DNA of 64,000 nucleotides from an uncultured Acidobacteriota bacterium (GCA_963771395.1 CAVYTY010000021.1:5986-69985); one strand, 5' to 3'. Positions 33,452 through 44,986 are shown, counted from the stretch's first letter. Program-made: numbers and translations. The notes: a model not told the origin generated them from the sequence alone.

Positions 33452-34384
33452 CTACCCTGGCTTCACGCCAGCCTCGACGAGCGCCCGCCGCATGAACTCG
33501 GCGTAATGGGGGAACGCCACTTCCGGCTCCTCGATTTCGGGATGCCACGCTTTTTCCCACTCGAAGCCGTAATAGCCGCGGTAGCCGCCCTTGGCCAGTA
33601 CAGCCACTGTCTCGCGCACCGGGACGGTTCCGGTTCCGGTGAGGACGTATCTCACGCCCGCGCCTTCAGGCCGCGAGTCCTTCAGGTGCGTGTGGCGGAC
33701 GTAGGACCCGAGGAGCTTGTACGTCGCCGCCGGATCTTCCTTGCCGGCGACGCACGTGTGGTGGGCGTCCCACAGGAGAGCGACGTTCGGCATCGCCGCG
33801 CCTCTGAGTATCTCGAGGAGGGACGGCGCGTCGGTGAAGTCGCCGTGCGATTCGATGATCACGCCGACGCCGCTGCCTTTCGCATGTTCGCCGAGCGCAC
33901 GCAGTCCCTCGACCACTCGTGCCACAGCCGTCTGCTTCGCTTCGCCAGGAGGAACCTTGTCGCCGAACACCCGCACGTAAGGGACGTTGAGGCGATTGGC
34001 GAGATCGATGAAGCGCCTGCCCTCATCGAGTTGTGCCGCGCGCACCGTGGGGTCGGCCTCGTGCATCCGGGAGGACGCGCCGAGATCTGAAACCTTGAGG
34101 TTGAGCGCGGCGAGGTCCTTCCGGGTCTGGTCGAGTCGCGTGCCGATGAACTCGGGCCGCTTCGTCAGATCCATCTCGCCTTCGATGCCGCGCAGTTCGA
34201 CCGCGGCATATCCCATGGCCGCGGCCTGTTCCAGGATGCGCGCCCACGGCCATTTCGGGCACCCGAGCGTCGAGAAGCTGATCGGGAACTGCGGTGGGCG
34301 CTGTCTGGCGCCGAGAATGGCCGGCGCCGCAACGCTTGCCGCCATACCGTACACAAAGCCCCGGCGGGAGATGAGGGTCACCAA
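33452..34384 (-). CDS. Sugar phosphate isomerase/epimerase (AP_endonuc_2 TIM barrel), Tat signal
   Basis: ISRRGF, FSTLGCP, IESHGDF, WDAHH, HLKD, FEWEK. Confidence 0.9.
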   Translation of the reverse strand: MVTLISRRGFVYGMAASVAAPAILGARQRPPQFPISFSTLGCPKWPWARILEQAAAMGYAAVELRGIEGEMDLTKRPEFIGTRLDQTRKDLAALNLKVSDLGASSRMHEADPTVRAAQLDEGRRFIDLANRLNVPYVRVFGDKVPPGEAKQTAVARVVEGLRALGEHAKGSGVGVIIESHGDFTDAPSLLEILRGAAMPNVALLWDAHHTCVAGKEDPAATYKLLGSYVRHTHLKDSRPEGAGVRYVLTGTGTVPVRETVAVLAKGGYRGYYGFEWEKAWHPEIEEPEVAFPHYAEFMRRALVEAGVKPG

Positions 34385-34430
34385 AGCCTCGCTTCGAAAA
34401 CGCGCCGGCCGGTGTGTGGCGGGCTGGCGC

Positions 34431-35012
34431 TCAATGGGTTACGGGCTTGTTGAACGGGCTCGAGTGGTCCGGCCCGAAGACGTGCGTGTGGTGGGTGCAG
34501 ATCTCCTGAAGCCGGGGGACCTGCTTGAAGAAGTTGCCCATCGCATAGCCGCACAGAAGCGCCAGGCTGAACCGTGTCGCGAGCGCGTTCCACAGGATCT
34601 CGAGACGGATGGCGGCGTCGCGCCGGCCCTGTGTCCACAAGATGTCCACCATCCCGCCGTAGGCCCGGAGAATCGAGCCCGGCCGGCCCTGCTGAACCTG
34701 ATCGATGAAGCGCCCGATGTTCGTGTCGAACAACTCCGGAACGGGAACACCGTCGACCATGAACAGCGCCAGCATCTCGTCGGCATCGAGAACGAGGAGG
34801 TCGCCGCTCCTGCGCGCCTGGTCGACATGAATCAGCCGGGCGTTGAGGTGTTCGAGCATGCCTTCGCGGTGCGTGGCCGACGCAATGATCATCGCGGGTT
34901 GGCCCACGATGAGCCCCTCGGCGAGGAAGGCCGAGGCCGTCGAGAAGAGGCGGTCGTCGGTGCCATAGAACTGGACCGCGTGATACTGGCCGCCGGGCGT
35001 CGCGGGTGCCAC
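34431..35012 (-). CDS. Stand-alone MEDS-domain protein
   Basis: HAVQFY, RAYGGMVDILW, AAIRLEILWN, LLCGY, ICTHHTHV; start uncertain. Confidence 0.85.
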   Translation of the reverse strand: MAPATPGGQYHAVQFYGTDDRLFSTASAFLAEGLIVGQPAMIIASATHREGMLEHLNARLIHVDQARRSGDLLVLDADEMLALFMVDGVPVPELFDTNIGRFIDQVQQGRPGSILRAYGGMVDILWTQGRRDAAIRLEILWNALATRFSLALLCGYAMGNFFKQVPRLQEICTHHTHVFGPDHSSPFNKPVTH

Positions 35013-35367
35013 CGGCCAAGGATAGCACCAGAGCGCCCCTGGCCCGAGCGCGCCGACCAGCGAAGACGGAAGCGCCTGGAGCCGGCCGTCGTCCGTGCGA
35101 CAATCGAGCAAGCCTTTGATCGCGTACGTCAGACGCTCCGCCTGACGCCCGGGAAGCAGGCATCGCGGATCACGTCTGGTCAATCAAACGTTGACCTGTT
35201 GGAGGCACCATGGCGAAGAAGCATCCCGCTCTTGGATTCCTGCTTACGGTTGCAGCATTCACCCTGCGGTGCCTTCGACGCGTGTCCAGACTATTGGGGC
35301 GGCCTGGCGCCGGACCATTTCTGTCGGGCGTTTGAATCTCAGCCAAGAAGAGAGAGTACGATACGAC

Positions 35368-35745
35368 ATGGCTCATGTGGCTCGTCTGTTTCTGTTGACC
35401 ATCCTTGCCTCGGTATCGGTTGTCGCCGAACCCGCGAAAGTGGACGGCAAGTGGAACGTCCTTCTCCAGCTCGAATCGATCACGGGGCATCCCGTGCTGA
35501 CGCTGAAGCAGGATGGTGAGAAGCTCAGCGGAACGTACGAGGGCCGCTATGGCCCGTCGGCGCTCGAGGGCGAGATCAAAGAGAGCCGCATCGCGTTTGT
35601 CGTGACGTTCACCGCCGAGGGCACGAAGACGACCGGCGTCTTCCAAGGGACGGTCGACGGCGCGACGATGGGCGGGAGTGTGGAGTTCGATGGGGCCGGG
35701 AGCGGCACGTGGTCCGCGGTGCGCGCCAAGGCCGAGCCCAAGTAG
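35368..35745 (+). CDS. Small secreted beta-rich protein
   Basis: Signal peptide, VDGKW, LTLKQDGEKLSG, GTWSAVR. Confidence 0.75.
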   Translation: MAHVARLFLLTILASVSVVAEPAKVDGKWNVLLQLESITGHPVLTLKQDGEKLSGTYEGRYGPSALEGEIKESRIAFVVTFTAEGTKTTGVFQGTVDGATMGGSVEFDGAGSGTWSAVRAKAEPK

Positions 35746-35930
35746 CCGCTCGTCCCTCTGTCTGACAGGGTCATCACCCCTGCTGACCTCGGCCGGAGTT
35801 CCTTACATCACATCGTTTCAGCGGCGCCGTCGCGACCGGATCTCCGACCCGTCGGAATGAGCCTTGCACCGTCCAAGGACCGACTGACTGTCGAGGTCGA
35901 GCGTCGGGCGAGCTGGGCGTGTACCTAGCA

Positions 35931-36446
35931 ATGACTTCGAAGCCCGGCACTTTCTCGGAGGTGACGATCGTGCGACTTCATGTAGCGCAGCGTTACAGCT
36001 TGGTTTGCTCGAGTGTCATGGTGGGGCTGATGTGCTCGCTGGCGCCCGCGCCGGCTGCGGCGCAAATCTCGCCAGGGGTGCGAGGCGGTGGCAGCGTCGA
36101 CCCCGACCAGGTGTACGTAGGGGGGCACATCGAAACGGAGCCGCTCGTGGAGCGGCTCGTGTTCAGGCCGAATGTCGAAATCGGGTTCGGCGACGACGTC
36201 ACGCTGATCGCCTTCAACTTCGAGTTCCTGTGGAAGTTTCCGCGGCGCGGTCGTCCGTGGGGCTTCTACGCCGGCGGCGGCCCCGCCATCAACTTGTATC
36301 AGTTCGATGGTCCTGACGACGACGCACGAGCCGGATTCAATTTCGTCGGCGGGATCGAGAACAACCGCGGGTTGTTCTTCGAGTTCAAGGTCGGCGTCGA
36401 CGACAGCCCCGAATTCAAGTTCGGCGTCGGTTATACGTTCCGTTAG
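35931..36446 (+). CDS. Small outer-membrane beta-barrel protein
   Basis: Signal peptide (AAAQ), alternating beta strands, C-terminal GVGYTF. Confidence 0.78.
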   Translation: MTSKPGTFSEVTIVRLHVAQRYSLVCSSVMVGLMCSLAPAPAAAQISPGVRGGGSVDPDQVYVGGHIETEPLVERLVFRPNVEIGFGDDVTLIAFNFEFLWKFPRRGRPWGFYAGGGPAINLYQFDGPDDDARAGFNFVGGIENNRGLFFEFKVGVDDSPEFKFGVGYTFR

Positions 36447-36509
36447 TTTTCTCAGGCATGGAGTCGGGTTTCAGCCGGATCGTGACAGGCCGCCTGACGA
36501 GAGCGGCTG

Positions 36510-38156
36510 CTACGGCATGCGCTCGATGCGCATGGTCGCGGCGTCGAGCCGATAGGCGACGCGGTCGGGCGCGAGCGCGCGCAGCTCGGCGTTCTGCGGC
36601 CCGCGATCGTACACGACCCACCGCAGCGCCGAGGCGAGGTCGGGCTCGTTGCGGGTCAGTGCCACGTGCGGGCTCTGGGACGGAGGATAGCTGACGAACA
36701 CGATCGACTTCTCCGGCGGCAGCGTCGCGATCGCGGCCTCGGCGGCGCGGTGGAAGAGTTTCGAAGATCGATCGCCGCGCGGACGCGGCGCACGTCGTTC
36801 GCTCCGAGCGGCAGCAACAGGAGCGCAACTGCCAGGGAGGCATTGGCCACCGGCGCCGGCCAGCGGACGCTGCTGGCTTCGGGCGCCGCGCCGCTGAGCC
36901 TGTGGAGCAGGCGACCCATCTCGCGTGCGGCGAGGAAGAAGACAGATCGGCAGCACCTCCAGGTAGTAGACGATCCACATCGGCGGATGCGCGAAGGTGA
37001 GATACGCGAGAAGCATCAGCCCGATCGTGGCCACCCCGGCCCGTTCCACGCCCGTCGCGTGCAGCGCGGCCGCCAGGATGAGCACGCCGAGCGCGAGGCG
37101 CCAGCCGTCGACGCACCACACCAGGATCGAGGTCAGCCGTTCGACAAACGCCGCCGGCACAGACGAAAAGCGTGTAGCGCGCATGGAGATCGCGGGACCA
37201 TTCACCGACTACCGCGAGCTCAGGCACCAGGGGCCGTAGCGGCGCCGAAGGATCAGCGCCGAAGCCCGGCTTGTCGAACGGAAAGTACGTGCGGGAATAG
37301 TGCGGATACGGATCGAGCCGCCAATGGCCGAGCGTCTGCATGATTCCACAGCGGCCCGAGCGCGAGGATGGCGACGCCCACCGCCACAGGCGCGCCGAGC
37401 ACTCTCCATCGCCCCGTCGCCCTCACGCGCCGCAGGATCACGAAGGCCAACGGCAGCGCGAGCGTAGCGATCGTCAGCGGCCGCGCTTCGAATCCCCATC
37501 CGAGCGCGGCAGCGACCGAGAGCAGGTGCACGCTGCGGCCAGAGTCCAGCCAGCGAATCGTTGCCCACACCGCGATCAGCCACATCGCCGCGCTCGTGGT
37601 CTCGGACAAGTACGACGCCGACCAGAGCAAGGTCGGCCAGGCCGTCGTCCACAGCCACCAGGTGAGCAGTGCCGTCCACTCGTTGGCCAGGCGTCTCGCG
37701 AGCGAGAACACGAGCGCGCCGCAGATGCCGGTCATCAGCGCCGGCATCAGTCCCGGCAGGCCCAGCCAGATTCCAGGAACGAGCGTCAGCGCGTGGGCCG
37801 GCGGGTACTTCGCAAAGACCGCCGGCTCGATGAACACGTGCACCTGCTCGAAGAAGGCGGCGAGGGGAGGCGAGGGCGCCGTCCAGTGTCCGCGCGCGAA
37901 GATCTCAGCCTGCAGCAGATAGGCGCGCTCGTCGTGCACGACGCCAGGTTCGTGAAAAGAACCCCACACGATTCGGACGAATGACGAACGTCACGATCCC
38001 GGCGACGAGCGGCGACCACGCGCCCGAGAGAACCGAGGCGGCGCGCGACGGATAGGTGGTCCGGTTCCGGCTCCAGCGCGCGATGACGACGATCCCGGCG
38101 AGGACGAGGACGCCGAACACCACCGACAGGAGCGAGGCGGCGGGAGGACTCAGCAT
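36510..38156 (-). CDS. GT-C (PMT/ArnT-like) membrane glycosyltransferase (frameshifts)
   Basis: VHDERAYLLQA, KYPPAH, multiple TMs, EARP; spread over four ORFs. Confidence 0.72.
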
Positions 38157-38844
38157 GCGTCCTTCCGGCAGAGAACCATGTACTGCGCGCCGGCCGGGAA
38201 GCGGGCGAGTCTGGCCTCGAGCGGCCGCAGCGCTGAAAGGATGCGCGGAAAGAGGAAGAGGAAATCCGTCCGCAGCACGTTGAATCCCGCGCGGGTGAGC
38301 AGCTCACGCGCGTGCGGCGGCGACAGGAGCTTCGCGTCGCGATCGAACGGGATGCGCCGCATCACGAGGCGGGTCCCGGGATTCCACGGGTTGTTCTCCC
38401 AGAAGCCGAAGTAGCCGCCGTCTGACAGCGATCGATGCACGTAGCCGAGCGCGTCCAGGCGATGCTCGGGCTCGACGTGATGGAAGACACCGTTGCAGTA
38501 CGCGAGCTCGAACTGTCCCGACGGCTGCGAGGTCGGTGATGGTGCTGAACTGCATGCCGGGGATCGGCGTGCGCCCGTTGCGCGACGTCGAGACTCTCGC
38601 GCGACGCGTCGACGCCGACGACCATCCGCGCGTGTAACTGTTCGAGAAGCTCGGGGCTCGTGCTGCCGGTGCCGCACCCGTAGTCGAGCACGCGGGCGGG
38701 CTGCACGCCGAGGTCTGCCAGGCGGCCGGCGAGCCATCGCACGCGTTCGTGCGCGAAGTACTCCTTGGACTCGCCCGACAGCGAGAGTCCCTGGTTGAGC
38801 GCGCTGTCGTAGTTTCCGGCGTAGTCGTCGAACTCGGACTTCAT
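38150..38844 (-). CDS. Class I SAM-dependent methyltransferase (frameshift ~38540)
   Basis: VLDYGCGTG, NGVFHHV, WENNPWNPGTR, GAQY. Confidence 0.88.
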
Positions 38845-38864
38845 TCGACCTTCATCTATCAATG

Positions 38865-39004
38865 CTGGCGGGGCCCCACCCCCGCCAGCTCTCGCGCGGC
38901 GACTTCGCGCCGCGCTCGGGCCGCAGGCGCTGTGTCTCTGGCGGGGCCCCACCTCCGCCAGCTCTCGCGCGGCGACTCCACGCCGCGCTCGGGCCGCAGG
39001 CGCT
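38865..39004. repeat. Two tandem 67-bp REP-like repeats, each with two hairpins
   Basis: 38865-38931 and 38938-39004 differ at about 3 positions. Confidence 0.9.
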
Positions 39005-40181
39005 TCAGCGCCGCCGCATGCTCAGCAGGCTCAGGAAGAAGCACGACAGAATCGTCTGGTACCCGAGCACGGCCAGCGTCACGCCCGGCACGACCACTCT
39101 CATCGTCTCGGCGTAGTTCAGACGGCCGAAATCGCGGACGCGCCATTCGTTGACCGCGGCGACGAGCATGACGCCGCCAAGAAGGATCGTGGCCAGCGCC
39201 CAGGAGCAGGCCGCGTTCGAGCGGAAGGATCCGCGCGAATCTCTCGATGCGCGGATCGGGCGGCAGCACGCCTTCCGTGATGGCGAACGTCTTCGCGATG
39301 AGGGCGAACTGCATGCTCTGGCTTCCGCAGATGACCGCCAGGCTCGCGAAGAGCAGCGTGTGCGCGTCGAACGTCATGTGCCCGATCGTCATTCCCGGCA
39401 TGGCCACCGTGTATCCGGCGAGGCCCAGGACGACGAGGAGGAGCCCCGGGAGCAGGAAGAGCCGGCGCGGTGTGCACATCAGGAAGAAGCGCAGCGTGCG
39501 CCATCCGTCGCGGAACGTGTTCAGATGCGGCGGATGACTCGTGCGGCCGTCGGGATGCAGGGTGATCGGCACTTCGCTGATGCGCGCGCCCGAGAGGCTC
39601 GCCTTGATGATCATCTCGGTGGCGAACTCCATCCCCGTGCACCGCTGGTCGAGCCTGTGGGACAGCGACTTCGTGAAGCCGCGCATGCCGCAGTAGATGT
39701 CGTGGACCGGCGCGCGGAACCAGCGCCGCGCAATCCGCGAGAACATCGGGTTGCCGAACCAGCGATGCAGGAGCGGCATCGCGCCCGGCAGCACGCGTCC
39801 GCCGCCCGACTCGAGCCGGCAGCCCTGCACGAGGTCGTATCCCTCGCGCAGGCGCTCGACGAACTTCGGCAGCTCGCCGAAGTCGTAGCTGTCGTCGGCG
39901 TCCCCCATGATGATGAACCGCCCCTGCGCGGCTTCGATCCCGCCCATCAAGGCGGCGCCATACCCGCGATCGGCGACCGGCACGAGGCGCGCGCCTTCGG
40001 CTGTCGCGATAGCCGGCGAGTCGTCCGTGCTGCCGTTGTCGGCGACCACGACCTCGCCGGCGATTCCGGCGTCTCTCATCGCGGTGAGCGCTTTCCGGAT
40101 GCACGTTGCGAGCGTGTCCGCCTCGTTGAGGCAGGGCATCACGACCGTTACTTCAAGCTGTGTCGACTCGGGGAGCGCCAT
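39005..40181 (-). CDS. GT2 polyprenyl-phosphate glycosyltransferase (DPM1/GtrB-like) with C-terminal TMs (frameshift ~39190)
   Basis: VVMPCLNE, ADNGSTD, GYGAA, MGDADDSYD, GMEFATEM, RDGWRTLRF. Confidence 0.9.
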
Positions 40182-40352
40182 GCAGTGGGAACGAGATCCT
40201 CGATTACCTTTCGACTCCAGCGTCGAGCTAAGGAACCCTGCACATCACCTGGAAGGGAAGTAAGGCTGGAGCGGGACGCTCGAGCTGGCGCGAGAGGTGG
40301 CGAGTCTGCCGTAGCTTGGTCCTGCCGTAGAATGCGATAGCCTGTAACCCTC

Positions 40353-41117
40353 ATGCGTCGATTTCTCGTGTGCATGCTGGTCGCGCTGGTCCTTCTCATC
40401 GTTGCTGAGATCCGTCTGTCCCATGGTAGTCGCAACTACAGTGAGCCTCTACCGCCCGACCTCTGGGAGAACGCACAAACGCCAGGCCGGCCATCGCCGT
40501 CCCCAGAAGTGACACGAGCGGGGCTTGGGCTCACCGTGACGCACCCAAGCCCGGCGACCAACTGCGCGACCGTCTTCTCCACGGATCCGAACAGCCAGTA
40601 CGCGTTGACAGGAGCGGACCGCGGCGTGCGGTTCGATATCGACGCCGATGGGGATCTCGACCAGGTCGCGTGGACCGAACCGGCGACGGACGTGGCATTT
40701 CTCGCGCGTGACCGCGATGGCGATGGGCGGATCACCAGCGGGCTGGAACTGATCGGAGACCACACGGTGCCCGGCGTCACGAATGGTGCCGACGCGCTCA
40801 TGCGGCTGGCGGACCGCCCTGACGTTCCGCCGCGGCTGGACAGCGACAATCCCCTGTTTGCGGAGTTGCGCCTCTGGAGGGATGCCAATCACAACGGGCA
40901 GAGTGAGGCCAGCGAGCTGCGGCCCGCCGGGGAGGAGCTGTCGACGGTCGGCCTCGGCTATCAGCGTCACCGCCGGATAGATAGTCACGGCAATGAGTCG
41001 CGCTTCCGCGGCTTCGTCCATGTGCGGACCGCGCCAGGGACGAACATGGCCACGACGGCACAAGAGGACCGGGCTCGCCGGCGATACATGTACGAGGTGT
41101 GCCTCGTGACGCGGTAA
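40353..41117 (+). CDS. Secreted protein with DxDxDG calcium-binding motifs
   Basis: Signal peptide, FDIDADGD, DRDGDGRITSGLEL, LRLWRDANHNGQSEASEL. Confidence 0.75.
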   Translation: MRRFLVCMLVALVLLIVAEIRLSHGSRNYSEPLPPDLWENAQTPGRPSPSPEVTRAGLGLTVTHPSPATNCATVFSTDPNSQYALTGADRGVRFDIDADGDLDQVAWTEPATDVAFLARDRDGDGRITSGLELIGDHTVPGVTNGADALMRLADRPDVPPRLDSDNPLFAELRLWRDANHNGQSEASELRPAGEELSTVGLGYQRHRRIDSHGNESRFRGFVHVRTAPGTNMATTAQEDRARRRYMYEVCLVTR

Positions 41118-41147
41118 TGCCGGCCTGGTCGACGGGCGGTGCCCACC

Positions 41148-42083
41148 ATGACCGATGACATCGTGCCGGCCGCATCAGAGCTGCGAGTACTGATCGCCGA
41201 CGACGAAGCGGTTTCACGCCTGCTCCTGAAGCGAACGCTCGAATCCTCGGGGTATCGAGTAACGGTCGCGTGCGACGGCGACGAAGCCTGGCAGATTCTG
41301 CAGTCGCCGGAATCGCCGCTGCTGGCCGTCCTCGATTGGGTGATGCCGGGCATGGAAGGGATCGACATCTGCCGGAAGTTGAAGGCTGATCCCGAGCGGC
41401 GTCACGCCTACGTGATCATGATCACGAGCAACAGCGCGACATCCGACATCGTGACGGCGCTCGAGGCCGGCGCCGACGACTTCGTCGCGAAGCCCTTCAA
41501 CGCCGAGGTGCTGCGCGTGCGCGTGCGCGCGGGTCAGCGCATCGTCGACCTGCAGCTCGAGCTGCATCGGAAGGCGAGTCACGACGACCTGACCGGAATG
41601 TTCAATCGTCGCATGGTCGTCGAGATGCTGGCGCGCGAGCATGCCAGGGTGGTTCGGGAGAAGGGCGTTCTCAGCCTCGGCATTCTGGACATCGACTACT
41701 TCAAGCGGGTGAATGACAGCTTCGGCCATCACGCCGGCGACGCCGTGCTGCAGGAGGTCGCACGACGCATCAAGGCGTCCGTGCGCAAGATCGACATAGC
41801 GGGCCGATACGGCGGAGAGGAATTCCTGTTCGTGCTGCCTGGCTGCGATGCGAGGACGACCGGCGCGATCGCCGAACGCGTCCGCTTGATGATCTCGGCG
41901 ACGCCGATGATGGCCGCCGGGCACGCGATCCAGGTGACTGCCAGCATTGGCGTCGCGATGAGCACGGCACCCCACGAAATGAATCCCCAGGCGCTCATCG
42001 AGAATGCGGACCGGGCGCTGTATCGAGCGAAGGCCCTCGGCCGCAATCGTGTCGACCTGGGCGGGGGCGATCCGGCGTTGTAG
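41148..42083 (+). CDS. Response regulator diguanylate cyclase (REC-GGDEF)
   Basis: LIADD, LDWVMP, GADDFVAKP, DIDYFK, RKID I-site, GGEEF. Confidence 0.95.
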   Translation: MTDDIVPAASELRVLIADDEAVSRLLLKRTLESSGYRVTVACDGDEAWQILQSPESPLLAVLDWVMPGMEGIDICRKLKADPERRHAYVIMITSNSATSDIVTALEAGADDFVAKPFNAEVLRVRVRAGQRIVDLQLELHRKASHDDLTGMFNRRMVVEMLAREHARVVREKGVLSLGILDIDYFKRVNDSFGHHAGDAVLQEVARRIKASVRKIDIAGRYGGEEFLFVLPGCDARTTGAIAERVRLMISATPMMAAGHAIQVTASIGVAMSTAPHEMNPQALIENADRALYRAKALGRNRVDLGGGDPAL

Positions 42084-42294
42084 CTGGCGCCCGACAGTCT
42101 TCTGGCACAAGACCTAAGGTCATCCTGGGCGTGAATCCATCCGCATTCACTTGAAAATCTGCGGGATTGCCTTTTCGGTCGCGTTCTGAGAAGCCCCAGT
42201 CCCTGGCTAGGCCCCGCCGTCCTTCGTCCTGATTGAGCGAAAGACCGAGGCGGGAAGAAAGCGAGCTGTCTTGCCGTCCGCAGCGCCGGTTCGA

Positions 42295-44189
42295 TCACGG
42301 TCGCGGCAGGACAGAGAATGCGATTTCGCGGGCAACGGTCGTGCGGCCCAGTGTGCTTTCCACGATGATGCGGTAACTCCCGGCGGTGAGCGCTTGCGGA
42401 ATCGCCACGCGATAAACCTTGCCTCCGGCACTCGCGTAGTCGCGACCGGCGGCCTGGGTGCGATCGAGTGGCAGCGTTGTCCCGTCGGCACGCACGAGCG
42501 TGGCGGTGATCGTCAGCGGATTGGACGCGGCCTTCGACGAGACCCTGATCGGAAGCTGTGCCGCGACTGCGGCGCCAGGAGCGAGCTCATTCGTCGCCAG
42601 GGGTATCAACGCCAGCACACCTCGAAGCCGGTCAGCCTCGTGTGACCGCAATTGAGCTGGGAGCGCCAAGGGACAGCCCTCCCACACCGAGCTCCGCGTC
42701 GAACTTCGGCACGGACACGTCTACGAACACGCTGCCTTGCGATTTGTCGCCGCCGGCGGCGGCGACCCGAATCTGGTACTGCCCTGGCGGCAGGTCAATC
42801 CGTGAGCCGGTGCGGGTCCACGGCGACGACGTCTTTTCTGAGGCGGCGAAATTCGTCGTGAATCGCACGCGAGAGCGCGTCTTTCCTTCCTCATCTATCG
42901 CGACGACAACGAACTCGACACGGCCGGCACGCGCGGCAACGGCGTGTGGGCAGCTCGATGCCAACGATCACTGCCGCCGAAGGCGCCGTCGCCAAGGGCG
43001 CCGGAATCGCGACGACGCGCATCGTCAGGCCGCGCGTCTGAATGGCGGAGCGAGTCAGGACCTCGAGCGGAGTCGCGGCGAGCGCTTTCGCAGCCTTCCC
43101 CGGTGAATCGTAACCCTCCCGTGCACGGATCTCGACATCCGCAACGCGTGTCCGTACCGTGATTCGATGATGCTTGCCGTCGTTCGGCGGAGCCGGCGAG
43201 TAATAGCCAACCAGGTAGTAGGTACCGTTCTCAGCAAGCATCCGATCGACGGCCTGCTTCTGGCGCATTCGTGTTGATCACGGCGAACCCGCCTGTGCAC
43301 CTCCGCGATCGTGCGCAGATTCTGCCGTGACTGCTCTGGTGCACCCGCGCATCGAGCTCCAGGCCACAGGGATCGACCGTGTAGACGGCCACATTGCTGC
43401 GCTGCGCGGTCAGCATGAATTCACGGATCGACTCCGACGCGGCGCCGATTCCTGCGTCCCTGATGATTTCTTCGAGCGTGGCGGGAAGGCCCTGGCTGAT
43501 CAGGAGCACTCCCTTTCGCCGGTGTGGAATCGTCGCCAGCGCCCGCGCCGCGGCACTCAATCCGGCCATTGCGGATCGCGTTCTCATCGTCGCGGATGCG
43601 TTCAGCTCGTGGGTTGGCGCCTGGCACCGATGACGGCGCGCTCTGCGATTGCGGGAAGGTCGTGCTCCCCTCGAGGCACGAACCGCTCGATCGCGTCCAG
43701 GAGCCGGGACTTGTCTGTCGTGAACTCCGCCTGACCGCCAAGCCGCCCGCTCGTGGTCATCACCCCTGCCAGATCGGCGGGACCGAGCCTTCCAACGGCA
43801 CGGCGCGCGACCGACTTCACCGTCGCCATCCGGCCAGCCGTGAAGCTGACCTGAATGTCGTCGAGGACGATCAGAATCAGCCGTCCATCGTCGGCGCTGA
43901 TCGTTCGACGCATAGGCGGACCCCGACCGATCTGGCGGCGGGATGCTGGAGTGCCGCGGCGCCTCGGGCACGTCGACGGCTGAAAACGTGGCGATCTCGA
44001 CCGGACTGCCGTCCTCGGAGATCTCGAAGTCTTCCCGGTCGAGCCCGCGAACCGGCCGTCCGGACTTGTCGGTCACGACGACGTCGACTTCGACGACGGT
44101 GACGTCTGGATTTGAAGCCGGGGCTTCGGCGGCGGCGCCTGCTGCGCCGCAAGCAGCAGCAGAACGGCAGACAGGAAGGCTTTTGCCAT
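42295..44189 (-). CDS. VWFA-related acidobacterial secreted protein (many frameshifts)
   Basis: VEVDVVVTDKSGRPVRGL, RKGVLLISQG, YTVDP, YYLVGYY, DGKHHRI, PPGQYQIRVAA. Confidence 0.82.
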
Positions 44190-44414
44190 ATGTCGCTCAC
44201 CCCTGGACGCCGATCCTGGTTCCCGCCGACGGGCCGCGCGGTCGGGTTCATTCTGGTCGGGTTGACTTCCTGATACCGCCTTTTCAACATGACGGCTTCT
44301 GTAATTAATGAACGAACGCGGGCGTGCCCGATGTGCAATCGGGTACACACGCCGAACAGAATTCGGCACGTCGGACCGAATCACCGGCGGCGGTGTCGAA
44401 CCTCATGGCATCCG

Positions 44415-44603
44415 ATGACTTTCGAAGGCGTCTTTTCAGTGGCGATGCTGGGCGTCTTCATCTGGGCCGTCCGTTTCATGGTCCCCAAGGCCGTCAAGAA
44501 GCATGACGCTCTGGCCCTGACATCCGCAGTGCTGACTGCTGCTCTGGCGCTGCTTGCGTGGCTCCTCGTCGGCGTGCGCGTGATCGGTCAGTTCGTGAGC
44601 TGA
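44415..44603 (+). CDS. Small two-TM membrane protein (62 aa)
   Basis: Two hydrophobic helices separated by PKAVKKHD. Confidence 0.55.
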   Translation: MTFEGVFSVAMLGVFIWAVRFMVPKAVKKHDALALTSAVLTAALALLAWLLVGVRVIGQFVS

Positions 44604-44806
44604 ACGCATCCGGTTGGCTTGCTCCACCAAGCGTCCCACCCCGTTTCCGTTCCGCACTGAGGCGCGGGCTGCTCTCCATGGCGGTTGCCGGGACGACACC
44701 TCATCAGTCCCTGAGAATCTATGGTTTCGAGGTTGCATTGGTGACGTCAGCCTGTGCCACAATGGCTGCCCCATGGTCCGAGGCAGCAACTAAAAGGAGC
44801 AACTGT

Positions 44807-44986
44807 ATGGCCGATCCGACGAATCCGAATGCCAACTGGCCCGAACCCGACCGGGAGCGCGCGCAGCCGGGCGACATCCTGGGGATCGAGCGCGGCGGTG
44901 AAACGACGTCCCTCGGGGATACCGAGGAAGACGAGGACCGCCGGCGCCGGGATGCCGAAAAGGAAGCTGCAGAGAATTCCGAGTAG
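44807..44986 (+). CDS. Small acidic protein (59 aa)
   Basis: AAGGAG RBS; GDILGIERGGETTSLGDT. Confidence 0.62.
   Translation: MADPTNPNANWPEPDRERAQPGDILGIERGGETTSLGDTEEDEDRRRRDAEKEAAENSE

Noticed and set aside
36457..36514. Possible degenerate REP between convergent genes
   Set aside because: Too degenerate to define arms from this window alone
42205..42260. Hammerhead-like CTGATTGAG...GAAA or a riboswitch downstream of the diguanylate cyclase
   Set aside because: The core has an extra base and no room for stem II; I see no c-di-GMP riboswitch consensus
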